Of a stretch of 64,000 nt of DNA, positions 19,913 through 29,081 are shown one piece after another (the stretch's first letter is position 1; each line of letters starts with the position of its first letter). Position numbers and translations under genes: made by a program. Origin of the DNA: Candidatus Brocadiia bacterium (lineage in GTDB: Bacteria; Planctomycetota; Brocadiia; CAIUPP01); contig JBEKCB010000015.1 in NCBI GenBank assembly GCA_050015075.1, positions 37,235 to 101,234 on the forward strand, given 5' to 3'. Under the pieces are notes generated by a model that searched no databases, had not been told where the DNA came from, and worked only from the letters and a program-made list of their open reading frames with translations.

Positions 19913-21743
19913 AGGCGCGCGGGACCTGGAGATGCTGCTGGAGTACATCCGGGACGACCGGGGCTTCGATTTTACCGGCTACAAGCGGCCCAGTCTCGAT
20001 CGCCGGATCCGCAAGCGGATGGCGGACGCGCGGATCAAGACTCTGCGCCAATATCGCGACTACCTCGACGCGCACGCGGAGGAATTCACGCTGCTCTTCA
20101 ACACCATCCTGATCAACGTCACGGCCTTCTTCCGGGACCCGCCGGCGTGGGATTTCCTGTGCGCGGAAGTCATCCCGAAGGTCCTGGCGGCCGGCAAGCC
20201 GGCGCAGAGCATCCGCGTGTGGAGCCCCGGCTGCGCCTCCGGCGAGGAGCCGTACACGCTTGCGATGGTGCTGGCCGAGGCGCTCGGCGAGGCGGAATTC
20301 CATCACCGCGTTAAAATCTACGCCACGGATATGGACCAGGAAGCCCTCCGCGCGGCGCGGCGCGCCACCTTCACCGCGAAGGCCGTCGCGTCGGTCCCGC
20401 CGGCGCTGCTCGAGAAATATTTCGAGCAGGCGGGCGATTCCTTTACCCTCCGGAGCGACATGCGCAACGCGGTGGTCTTCGGCAGGCACGACGTGTGCCA
20501 CGACGCGCCCATCTCGCACCTGGACCTGATCCTCTGCCGCAACACGCTGATGTATTTCAACAGCGAGGCGCAGGCGCGGGTGCTGGCGCAGTTCCACTTC
20601 GGGTTGAAGGACACCGGCTTTCTCTTCCTGGGCCGCGCAGAGGCGGTGCTGGCGCAGAACGAGCTTTTCACGCCGGTGAGCCTGAAGCATCGCATCTTCG
20701 CGAAGGCGGTGAAGGGCGGCGTTCGCGAGGTCGCGGAGATCGCCGCGGCGGTGGCGGCGCCGGAGCCGCTCATGCCGCCGCGCGGGCGCGATCCGCTGCT
20801 GGAATGGGTCATCAATACCGGCGGCGAAGCGCTGATCGCGGTGGACCGCGAAGGCCGCCTGGCGCTCGCCAACGACCCGGCGCGGAAGATGTTCGGCCTG
20901 AATTCCCAGGACGTGGGCCGCCCCTTCCACCAGCTCCAGCTTTCCTATCGGCCCGTGGACCTGCGCACGATGATGGACAAGGCCTACGCGGACCGCAAAC
21001 CCGTCTCGGTTTCCGACGTGCAGCGCGCCGGCCCGGACGGCGTCGAGCAGTTCCTCGACGTGAAAGTCTCCCCGCTCCACGGCGAGACCGGACAGGCCCT
21101 CGGAGTCAGCATCGTCTTCCAGGACGTGACGCGGCTGCACCAGTTGCGGGCCGAACTTCAGGGCGACAAACAGGAACGCGAGACCGCCTACGAGGAAATC
21201 CAGTCGGCCAACGAGGAACTCGAAACCACCAACGAGGAACTTCAGTCCACCGTCGAGGAACTGCAGACGACCAATGAGGAACTCCAATCCGCCAACCAGG
21301 AAATGGAAACGGTGAACGAGGAGTTGCAGTCCACCAACGAGGAAGTGCAGAAAATGAACGAGTTGGTGCGCCGGCGCAGCGAAGAAGCCGCCCGGGCCGG
21401 CGCCTTTCTGCAATCCATCCTCGCCAGCGTGCGCGTCGGCGTCGTGGTCGTGGACGCCGACTTCAAGGTCACGCTCTGGAATGACCGGGCCGAGGACCTC
21501 TGGGGCCTGCGCTCGAATGAAGTCGTCGGCAAGAGCCTCTTCGATCTGGATATCGGCCTGCCGATGAAAGAGACGCAACGGCGGATTCGCAGCTTCCTGG
21601 CCGAAAAGGACGGCGCAGGCGACGTGGTGATGACCGCCACGAATCGCCGGGGCAAGACGATCAAGTGCCATATGACCTGCACGCTGCGGCTGGACCCGGA
21701 AAGGAAGCGGCAGGGTGTCGTGCTGCTGATGGAAGAAGTGTGA
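19899..21743 (+). CDS. cheR: CheR-type methyltransferase with PAS domains and an EELQSTNEE coiled coil
   Basis: INVTAFFRD, WSPGCASGEEPY, ATD, CRNTLMYF; heptad repeats; two PAS domains. Confidence 0.92.
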   Translation: MGKGEGARDLEMLLEYIRDDRGFDFTGYKRPSLDRRIRKRMADARIKTLRQYRDYLDAHAEEFTLLFNTILINVTAFFRDPPAWDFLCAEVIPKVLAAGKPAQSIRVWSPGCASGEEPYTLAMVLAEALGEAEFHHRVKIYATDMDQEALRAARRATFTAKAVASVPPALLEKYFEQAGDSFTLRSDMRNAVVFGRHDVCHDAPISHLDLILCRNTLMYFNSEAQARVLAQFHFGLKDTGFLFLGRAEAVLAQNELFTPVSLKHRIFAKAVKGGVREVAEIAAAVAAPEPLMPPRGRDPLLEWVINTGGEALIAVDREGRLALANDPARKMFGLNSQDVGRPFHQLQLSYRPVDLRTMMDKAYADRKPVSVSDVQRAGPDGVEQFLDVKVSPLHGETGQALGVSIVFQDVTRLHQLRAELQGDKQERETAYEEIQSANEELETTNEELQSTVEELQTTNEELQSANQEMETVNEELQSTNEEVQKMNELVRRRSEEAARAGAFLQSILASVRVGVVVVDADFKVTLWNDRAEDLWGLRSNEVVGKSLFDLDIGLPMKETQRRIRSFLAEKDGAGDVVMTATNRRGKTIKCHMTCTLRLDPERKRQGVVLLMEEV

Positions 21744-21789
21744 CAAAGGTTTCGAGACGATAACCGAGGATGAACAGGACTCGCGCGCG

Positions 21790-24700
21790 ATGTCGGACCA
21801 GGCCATGAGCAACAGTGAACTTTCGCTGAACCCGGAGCGGTTGCGCCGGCGGCTGCACGAGCTGGAAACGGCCGCTGCGCCGCTGACGGCGGAGCATGAC
21901 CGGCAAAAGCGCGTGAAGGAACTCCGCTGCCTGCGCCTGGTTTCCGAACTGTTCGGCCGCGAGGATATTTCCCTGGAGACGGCTTCCCGGGAGATGGTCC
22001 AGGCGCTGCCGGACGCGTGGCAATATCCGGAAGTCGCCTGCGCGCGAATCGTGCTCGGCGCGCAGGAGTTCAAGACGAAGAATTATGCGGAGTCGGCGTG
22101 GATGCAGACGCAGGACATCCTCGCCGGCGGACGAGTCGCCGGTTCGATTCAGGTCGGCTACCTCGCGGAAGAGCCTGCGCGCGACGAAGGTCCGTTCCTC
22201 AAGGAAGAGCGCGAGCTGTTGGGCGTGCTGGCCGCGATGCTGGCGGGCTTTATCGGCCGGCGCGGCGCGGAAGAGGAGCGGGGCCGCTCGCGCGACGAGT
22301 TGGAGATTCAGGTCGAGGCACGCGTCTCGCAGTTGAAAGCCGCCAACGAGACGGTGCGCGCGGAGATCGCCGAGCGTAAGGGCAGGGATGCGGACCTTCG
22401 GACGCTCAACCGCACGCTCAAGGCGCACAGCCGCAGCGCCCGGGCGATGATGCGCGCGGCGAATGAAGCGGACTATCTGCAGGAGGTCTGCCGGATCGTC
22501 GTCGAGGACTGCGGCCATGCGATGGTCTGGATCGGGTTCGCCGAGGACGACGCGGCCAAGACCGTCCGGCCTGTGGCGTATTCCGGGTTCGAGGCCGGGT
22601 ATCTCGAGACGCTGAAGCTGACCTGGGCCGACACGGAGCGCGGCCGCGGTCCCACCGGAACGGCCATCCGCACGGGCAAACCCGGTTCGTGCCGGAACAT
22701 GCTTACGGATCCCGCTTTCGCTCCCTGGCGCGCGGAGGCGGTGAAACGGGGTTATGGTTCGTCGCTCGTCCTCCCGCTGATGGCCGGCGGAAAAGCTTTC
22801 GGCGCGATTACGATCTACGAGAGAATGCCGGATGCGTTCTCGGAGGATGAGACGGACCTGCTGTATGACCTTGCCGACGACCTGGCCTTCGGAATCACCT
22901 CGCTGCGCATGCGCGAAGCGCACGCGCGCATGGAAGATGAACTGCGGAGCCTGGCCCTCTTCCCCGATGAGAATCCCGGCCCGGTGATGCGCGTGTCGAA
23001 GGACGGCACGATCCTGTACGGAAACAAGACCGCGAGCCCCATTCTAGCTTGCTGGGGAAGCGGCGTCGGCCGCGCTACGCCCAAACCGGTGCATCGGATC
23101 GTCCAGGAAGTCCTGGACTCCGGCCTGGGCAGGGAGACCGAGCTTGACTGCGGCGAGCGCGTGTTTTCCCTGGTCTTCGCGCCGATTTCCGACCGCGGCT
23201 ACGTCACCCTTTACGGCCACGACGTCACCGACCGCAAGCGGCTGGAAAATGAGGTCCTGCGCTCGCGCGACGAACTGGAGGTGCGCGTCCGGGAGCGAAC
23301 GCGCGAACTCCTCGAGTCCACCCAGCGCCTGCGCGAGAGCCAACGCATCATCCAGCAGATCGCCGACACGACGCCGGATATCGTCTACATCTTCGACTTT
23401 GCGCGGCGGCATATCATCTATGCGAACCGCCGTGCCGCCGAGTTTATGGGCTACACGATGGAGCATCTCAGCAAACCGGGCCTCAGCTTTCTGGAGGAGC
23501 GGATCCACACAGATGACCGGGACAGCGTCCGCGTGGCCCGCGAGCGGTTTGCCACGGCGGATGAGAGCGACGTCATCGAGTATGAATACCGCGCGAAACG
23601 AGCGGACGGCCAATGGCGCTGGCTGCTGGTCCGCGAGGCGCTGTTTGCGCGGGCGCAGGGCGGCTCGCCGAAGCAGATCCTGGGCGCCGCGCTGGACATC
23701 ACCGACCGGAAGGAAGCCGAGGAGCGCCTGAAGACCGCGAACGCGCTCCTGGAGCCCTTCGTCAAAGAGACGGCCCGGAAGCCGTACCTGGATTCCGTCG
23801 TCAAGATTCTCTCCGAAGTTTCCGGTTGCCGCAACGTGGGGCTCCGGCTGTTGAACGACCGCGGCGAAATCCCGTACGAGAGTTCGGTCGGCTTCGGCGA
23901 GGACTTCGTGAAGCGCGAAGGACCGCTCTGCGTGCACACGGACGGCTGCGTCTGCACGCGCGTCGTTCTCGGGAAACCGGTGACGGCGGACGATCCCATG
24001 ATGACGCGGAAAGGCGCCTTCTGCTGCAACGACACGTTCAAGTTCGTCAGCGGCCTTGCGCCAGAGCAGCAGGAGAGGTACCGCGGCGCGTGCCCGCGGG
24101 CCGGCTTCGCCTCCCTGGCCGTCATTCCGCTCCGCTATCGCGGGACCACGATCGGCGCGCTGCACTTTGCCGACATCGCGCCGGGTAAGCTGAACCGGCC
24201 GTGCATGGATTCCCTCGAATCCGCCGCGCCGCTCATCGCCGAGGCGGTCTATCGCTTCGGCGTCGAGGAGCGGCTGCGGGAAAGCGAACAGAAATTCCGC
24301 GCCATCTTCGACCAGGTGTTCCAGTTCATCGCGCTCTTGAAGCCGGACGGGACGGTGCTCGAAGTCAACGAGCCGGCGCTGAGCTTCGCGAACATTTCGT
24401 TGCACGACGTGCTGGGCCGGCCGCTGTGGGACGGGCGGTGGTGGTGGGCTATGCCCGCGGCGCAGAAGCAGTTGAAGGAGGCCGTCGCCGCCGCCGCGCT
24501 GGGCCGCTTCGTGCGCTATGAGACGAAACTCCAGGGCGAAGGAGAATCCGCCATCATCGCCGACTTCTCGGTCAAGCCGGTCGTCCAGGCCGACGGCAAG
24601 GCGGCGTTTCTGATCGTCGAGGCGCGCGACATCACCGAGCACAAGCGGCTCGAGCAGGAGATCCTGGTCGCCGCCGGTGCCGAGCGGCGGCGGATCGGAC

Positions 24701-25293
24701 AGGACCTGCACGACGGTCTCGGCCAGCAGCTCGCCGGCATCGCTTTGCTGAGCCGCGCGCTGCAACAGCGGCTCGCCGCGCGTGATGCGCGCGCGGCCGA
24801 AGAGGCCCATACCATCATGGACCTGGCCAATCAGGCCGCGACGCAGTCGCGCGCGCTCGCGCGTGGACTCTGTCCGGTGGAACTTACCGAGGACGGCCTG
24901 GCGGACGCGCTCCGCGAACTGGCCGTGAGCACCGAGAAAATCTTCGGCATTCCCTGCGAGTTCCGCTGCGAGACGCCCGCGTCGGTCGCCGACAGCGCGG
25001 TGGCCACGCACCTTTTCTACATCACGCAGGAGGCGGTCAATAACGCCGTCAAACACAGCCGCGCCGGCACGATCACCGTCTCGCTCAGCGGCGGACCCGA
25101 CGGCATCAGCGTCCGCATCAAGGACGACGGCGTCGGCATGCCGGAACGCACCGACGAGAGCAACGGCCTGGGCCTGCGGACGATGCGATACCGCGCCGAT
25201 GCGATCGGCGCCTTCCTGGATATCCGCAGCGTGCCGCCGCGAGGCACGATTGTGCGGTGCTACGTGAGATCGCCGAAAGCGGCAGTAACCTGA
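21790..25293 (+). CDS. Cytoplasmic multi-sensor histidine kinase (GAF/PAS, HisKA_3 NarX type)
   Basis: RRIGQDLHDGLGQQL, QEAVNNAVKHS, DDGVG, GLGL; GAF and PAS repeats; no TM helices. Confidence 0.92.
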   Translation: MSDQAMSNSELSLNPERLRRRLHELETAAAPLTAEHDRQKRVKELRCLRLVSELFGREDISLETASREMVQALPDAWQYPEVACARIVLGAQEFKTKNYAESAWMQTQDILAGGRVAGSIQVGYLAEEPARDEGPFLKEERELLGVLAAMLAGFIGRRGAEEERGRSRDELEIQVEARVSQLKAANETVRAEIAERKGRDADLRTLNRTLKAHSRSARAMMRAANEADYLQEVCRIVVEDCGHAMVWIGFAEDDAAKTVRPVAYSGFEAGYLETLKLTWADTERGRGPTGTAIRTGKPGSCRNMLTDPAFAPWRAEAVKRGYGSSLVLPLMAGGKAFGAITIYERMPDAFSEDETDLLYDLADDLAFGITSLRMREAHARMEDELRSLALFPDENPGPVMRVSKDGTILYGNKTASPILACWGSGVGRATPKPVHRIVQEVLDSGLGRETELDCGERVFSLVFAPISDRGYVTLYGHDVTDRKRLENEVLRSRDELEVRVRERTRELLESTQRLRESQRIIQQIADTTPDIVYIFDFARRHIIYANRRAAEFMGYTMEHLSKPGLSFLEERIHTDDRDSVRVARERFATADESDVIEYEYRAKRADGQWRWLLVREALFARAQGGSPKQILGAALDITDRKEAEERLKTANALLEPFVKETARKPYLDSVVKILSEVSGCRNVGLRLLNDRGEIPYESSVGFGEDFVKREGPLCVHTDGCVCTRVVLGKPVTADDPMMTRKGAFCCNDTFKFVSGLAPEQQERYRGACPRAGFASLAVIPLRYRGTTIGALHFADIAPGKLNRPCMDSLESAAPLIAEAVYRFGVEERLRESEQKFRAIFDQVFQFIALLKPDGTVLEVNEPALSFANISLHDVLGRPLWDGRWWWAMPAAQKQLKEAVAAAALGRFVRYETKLQGEGESAIIADFSVKPVVQADGKAAFLIVEARDITEHKRLEQEILVAAGAERRRIGQDLHDGLGQQLAGIALLSRALQQRLAARDARAAEEAHTIMDLANQAATQSRALARGLCPVELTEDGLADALRELAVSTEKIFGIPCEFRCETPASVADSAVATHLFYITQEAVNNAVKHSRAGTITVSLSGGPDGISVRIKDDGVGMPERTDESNGLGLRTMRYRADAIGAFLDIRSVPPRGTIVRCYVRSPKAAVT

Positions 25294-25312
25294 TCCATGA
25301 CCCAGCGGCCAT

Positions 25313-25340
25313 TTGACAACGGACGGCAAATGGCTAGAAT
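25313..25340 (+). promoter_or_regulatory. sigma70-type promoter of the NarL regulator
   Basis: TTGACA-16-TAGAAT. Confidence 0.55.
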
Positions 25341-25447
25341 TGTGTCCGGCGCAGCCGCCCGACCGGCTGTTGCTTGAGACAAGACAGTGGTCCAACGGCG
25401 GACGGTCGTGGCACCGACCCCTCCAGCGAATAGTGAGGCGCGAAACG

Positions 25448-26119
25448 ATGCCGACGAAGAGCAGCGGCGGCAAGAAGGCGAAGAAGCAGGTCTTCCTCGT
25501 GGACGATCATCCGCTCGTCCGGCAGGCGCTCTCGGAGTTGATCAACCAGGAAGGGGACATGGCCGTCTGCGGCGAGGCGGAAGGCGCGCCCGCGGCGCTG
25601 CGCTCCATCGCCGCCCTGAAGCCCGATGTCGCCGTCGTGGACCTCACGCTCAAGGAGGGCAGCGGGCTCGACCTCGTCAAGGACCTCAAGGTGCGCCACC
25701 CGAATCTGCCCGTGCTGGTGCTCTCGATGCACGATGAATCCACCTACGCCGAGCGCCTTTTGCGCTCGGGCGCGCGCGGTTACGTGATGAAGGACGAGGC
25801 CTCCGAGAAAGTCGTCATCGCCCTGCGGCGCGTGCTGGGCGGCGAGGTGTACCTGAGCGAGAAGATGTCCGCGCGGATCCTCCACAAGCTCGTCGGGGGC
25901 GCGGCGGCGACGGCCTCGCCGGTGGACCTGCTGAGCGACCGCGAACTGCAGGTTTTCGAACTCATCGGGCAGGGCGTCGGCACGCGCCGGATCGCGGAGA
26001 AACTCCACCTGAGCGTCAAGACGGTCGAGACCTACCGCGAGCACATCAAGATTAAGCTCAAACTCGACAACGCCACCGACCTGCTTCAGCACGCCATCCA
26101 ATGGGCGCAGTCCAAATAA
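25448..26119 (+). CDS. NarL/LuxR-family response regulator
   Basis: LVDDHPLVR, VVDL, LSMHDE, LSDRELQVF...LSVKTVETYR. Confidence 0.95.
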   Translation: MPTKSSGGKKAKKQVFLVDDHPLVRQALSELINQEGDMAVCGEAEGAPAALRSIAALKPDVAVVDLTLKEGSGLDLVKDLKVRHPNLPVLVLSMHDESTYAERLLRSGARGYVMKDEASEKVVIALRRVLGGEVYLSEKMSARILHKLVGGAAATASPVDLLSDRELQVFELIGQGVGTRRIAEKLHLSVKTVETYREHIKIKLKLDNATDLLQHAIQWAQSK

Positions 26120-26242
26120 TTGCCGATGGCCGGTTGCCGATTGAAAGCAAGGCAACGGCCAATGGCGCGCGGCAGCGCGCTTAATGCGGGCGAAGCCCGA
26201 CCCCGTTCTTCATTCGGCATTCGGCAATCGTCAACCGGCAAT
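26119..26242. repeat. Intergenic inverted repeat built from 7-bp units (ATTGCCG / CGGCAAT-like)
   Basis: ATTGCCG ATGGCCG GTTGCCG ATTG ... ATTCGGC ATTCGGC AATCGTC AACCGGC AAT. Confidence 0.75.
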
Positions 26243-26246
26243 AACG

Positions 26247-26265
26247 TATCGGGGTTTTCCCGATA
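26247..26265. promoter_or_regulatory. Palindromic candidate operator upstream of the dksA-like gene
   Basis: TATCGGG-GTTTT-CCCGATA. Confidence 0.45.
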
Positions 26266-26433
26266 TTCCACGGCGAGATTTCCACCACCGTATCTTGCGG
26301 CCCCACCCCGATTGTTCGCGCGTGGCACTCCGTGTTTAATGCCCGAAGGTGAAAGTGATCGAGCGGGCGAATGGCGCCGGCGGATCAGAAGCGACAAGTC
26401 ACCGGGGCGGCTTTTGGGGGGAGGTCAGGCATC

Positions 26434-26925
26434 ATGGCGACGTGCCAGGCGGCCAAAACGGTCAGACGGGCGATGCGCAGGCGGCGGCGGTTCACCGAGG
26501 CTGAGAAGCGGCTCATCAGCCGCGGCAGGAAGCTGCTCAACCAGATCGAGCTGCAGCGCTGGCTCGCGACGCGGTGCAGCGAGGAGTTGGGCGATGAGGC
26601 CGATACGGCGCGGGAGGTGTCCGAGACTGAGCTGGCCCTCTCCGTGGCCGAGATCCGTTCGAGCGAAGTGGCCGATATCGAGGACGCGCTCCGCAGGATC
26701 GTGGACGGCACGTACGGCGTCTGCGACGTGTGCGGAGAGCTGATCCCGGCCGCGCGCCTGAAAGCGGCGCCTTCCGCGCGGCTCTGCGTGTCCTGCCAGA
26801 AGAAGTCCGAGGGCGCGCTGGATGCCGGGGAGAATTCGGAAGTCTGGGGCCGCGTCGAGAAGGGGCCGGCGGAAGAATGCGTGGCCAGCCAGCTTCTGCG
26901 GGCTCTGAGGGAAAGCGGCGCATAG
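26434..26925 (+). CDS. TraR/DksA-family C4 zinc-finger protein
   Basis: GGAGG RBS; DEADTA coiled-coil tip; ALRRIVDGTYGVCDVCGELIPAARL...LCVSC. Confidence 0.88.
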   Translation: MATCQAAKTVRRAMRRRRRFTEAEKRLISRGRKLLNQIELQRWLATRCSEELGDEADTAREVSETELALSVAEIRSSEVADIEDALRRIVDGTYGVCDVCGELIPAARLKAAPSARLCVSCQKKSEGALDAGENSEVWGRVEKGPAEECVASQLLRALRESGA

Positions 26926-27290
26926 GCCGCACGTTGCGGGGGCTTCGCGAAAGCGCACTCTTGAGAGATCAAGTCCGGGAGGGCGCGGAGCTGCCGGGGG
27001 ATATGGTCGGAAGGGAATGCGAACAGGCAGGGCGGGGCGCCTGACCGTTCGCAGGTGCTTGCGGAATCGACGGAGCGAGCAGAGCGCCGGGCTGCAACGG
27101 ATGGCGTGGGTTGAAAAGGGGAGCGCGGCCTTTCCATCCGATGCGGGTTCTGCCGGGACGTTGCTGTGGTCACGCAAGCATCCATAGAGGACGGCAACTG
27201 CCGGGGCAAGTCAGGAATGCGCGCGAGCGACCGTTGGGGCGGGCCGCTCGCGCGCACGGACTTGACGCTTCGAATGGGGAGGTCAAGCGG

Positions 27291-27605
27291 ATGAACGAAA
27301 GGGATGTGCTTCGGGCATTCCTCGACGGGGGACAACTGGAAGCAGCCGCCCTGCGCACGAACGGAAAACAACTGTTTTCCGACGGGCGCCTGATTGCCGA
27401 GAAGCGCGGGGGAAAACTCCACATTATGGAGAATGCGGCCGGACCGCTTGACCAGGCGCACCGGACGCTGCTCCTGGACTTCGTGGAATGGCGCGAGCGG
27501 CGAGCCAAAGTCCTGCGGAGCCTGCTTAGCGCGAAGGAAATGCCGGCGGTGGCGCGCGCCTACGGAGCGCGGTCGCTCAGCGCGCGGTCGCAGCCGGTCC
27601 GCTGA
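27291..27605 (+). CDS. Small hypothetical protein
   Basis: GGAGG RBS before ATG 27291; 104 aa; operon position before the ferredoxin. Confidence 0.55.
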   Translation: MNERDVLRAFLDGGQLEAAALRTNGKQLFSDGRLIAEKRGGKLHIMENAAGPLDQAHRTLLLDFVEWRERRAKVLRSLLSAKEMPAVARAYGARSLSARSQPVR

Positions 27606-27615
27606 GGGGAGAAGT

Positions 27616-27804
27616 ATGAAGGCGATTGTAGATGCCGATATCTGCACGGGCTGCGGCGAGTGTGCGGATATCTGCCCCGAAGTTTTTGAAATGGTAGAAG
27701 CGATCTCCCGGGTGAAAGTGGACGTCGTGCCCGCGGCCGAGGAAGAGACCTGCCGCGCGGCAGCGGACGCCTGCCCGGTCGAGGCGATCACCCTCCAGCG
27801 TTGA
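27616..27804 (+). CDS. Monocluster ferredoxin (Fer4_13/15 type)
   Basis: CTGCGECADICPEVF...AADACPVEAI. Confidence 0.93.
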   Translation: MKAIVDADICTGCGECADICPEVFEMVEAISRVKVDVVPAAEEETCRAAADACPVEAITLQR

Positions 27805-27842
27805 TCGCCGCCGAAATGGGGGCTGATTCGCGCGTCGGCTGC

Positions 27843-28997
27843 CTATCGCGTGCACGCCAGCAGCAGTGCGATCGCCACGAGCAACACCAGGCTGATCACG
27901 AACGACAGGGGCTTGTGCCACCACCAGCGGCTCGGCCGCCGCGCGAAGACGAACGATACGCCCACGTGCAGCCCGACCGCCGAGTTCGCCAGGAACAGAA
28001 CTGCCGTAGCGCCCGCGCGCGACCATTCCCGCGTCAGTCCCGGCCAGAGCACCACCAGGAAAATCAGAAGGCCGAACGTCAGGTCGTTGATCATCCATTT
28101 CGTCAGTTCCCGGTACTCGCTCCCCGCGACCAGGTGCAGCGAGGTCAGCCAGAGCGCGCTCGCCCAGAGCGTCAGGACGATCAGCCCGCACGCCAGGCCG
28201 TCGCTCGCCGCCGGGGTCCGCGCAGCCGAAGCCGCCCAGGCCAGCAACCCGGCCTGAACCACCAGCGCAAAGGAATGCAGCACCAAGCCGCTGATCGTGC
28301 GCTCCTGCCAGCGGACCGAAGTCACGTACACCGCGTCGAGCAGTTTCGTCCGGATGACCAGCCGCGTGGCGAAGAGGAGCATCGCCAGGCCGAGCATGAA
28401 GCGCTCGAGCGGCGTGAGAAATCCGATCTCGACCGGCCGCGGCACATAGAGCTGGTGGAGCGCGATGGGAATCCCGTGGATCGCGTCGCGGAACCAGAAG
28501 ATGGCCGCGTGCAGGTCACTCGGCGCGCCGACGAGGATCGAGGCGAAGCACGCCTCGAAGACTTTGATGACCGCGAGCGCCAGGACGACGATGACGGCGC
28601 GCCGGAGCCAGCCGGCGATTCGCGCGCGCATGCGATGTCCTTCGGCGGGCCTCGGCGCCGCCCCGCGCGGAGCGGAGGGCGCTTCCCGGGCGCGCGATCG
28701 CGCCGGCGGAACCGCGGCGCCGGTCTCAGCGCCGGCCGGAACCTCGTCCTGGAGCCGGAACGAATCGCGCGGCTCCGGCTTGGGCGGCGGCGCCGGCGGG
28801 CGGCGTAGCGGCGGAGGTTCCTCGCGCGACGTGCGGATGCCGCGGTCTGGGATCATGATGCTGTTCCCGCACTCCGGGCACTTCGAGCGCTTCCCCGCGT
28901 CACGGGCATCGGCGGCAAGGTCCACGCCGCAGGTCTGGCACGTGATGCGGATGTTCTGGCTCAGCGGTCTTCGGGGGTTTTGGGGAGCTATTTCCAT
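27843..28997 (-). CDS. Membrane protein with N-terminal Zn ribbon and Pro-rich linker
   Basis: CQTCG...KCPECG; PPPLRRPPAPPP; about 7 hydrophobic helices. Confidence 0.75.
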   Translation of the reverse strand: MEIAPQNPRRPLSQNIRITCQTCGVDLAADARDAGKRSKCPECGNSIMIPDRGIRTSREEPPPLRRPPAPPPKPEPRDSFRLQDEVPAGAETGAAVPPARSRAREAPSAPRGAAPRPAEGHRMRARIAGWLRRAVIVVLALAVIKVFEACFASILVGAPSDLHAAIFWFRDAIHGIPIALHQLYVPRPVEIGFLTPLERFMLGLAMLLFATRLVIRTKLLDAVYVTSVRWQERTISGLVLHSFALVVQAGLLAWAASAARTPAASDGLACGLIVLTLWASALWLTSLHLVAGSEYRELTKWMINDLTFGLLIFLVVLWPGLTREWSRAGATAVLFLANSAVGLHVGVSFVFARRPSRWWWHKPLSFVISLVLLVAIALLLACTR

Positions 28998-29081
28998 TCT
29001 TTTCACCCGCGCGATTCTAAGGGCACGGGCGGGGAAAAGCAAGTGCGACCGGGCAACGGCGCTTCGGTCCCGGAGCTTCCG

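Noticed and set aside
21190-21360. 21-bp-period nucleotide repeat (AACGAGGAACT...)
   Set aside because: It encodes the heptad coiled coil of the CheR-PAS protein and is not an independent DNA element.
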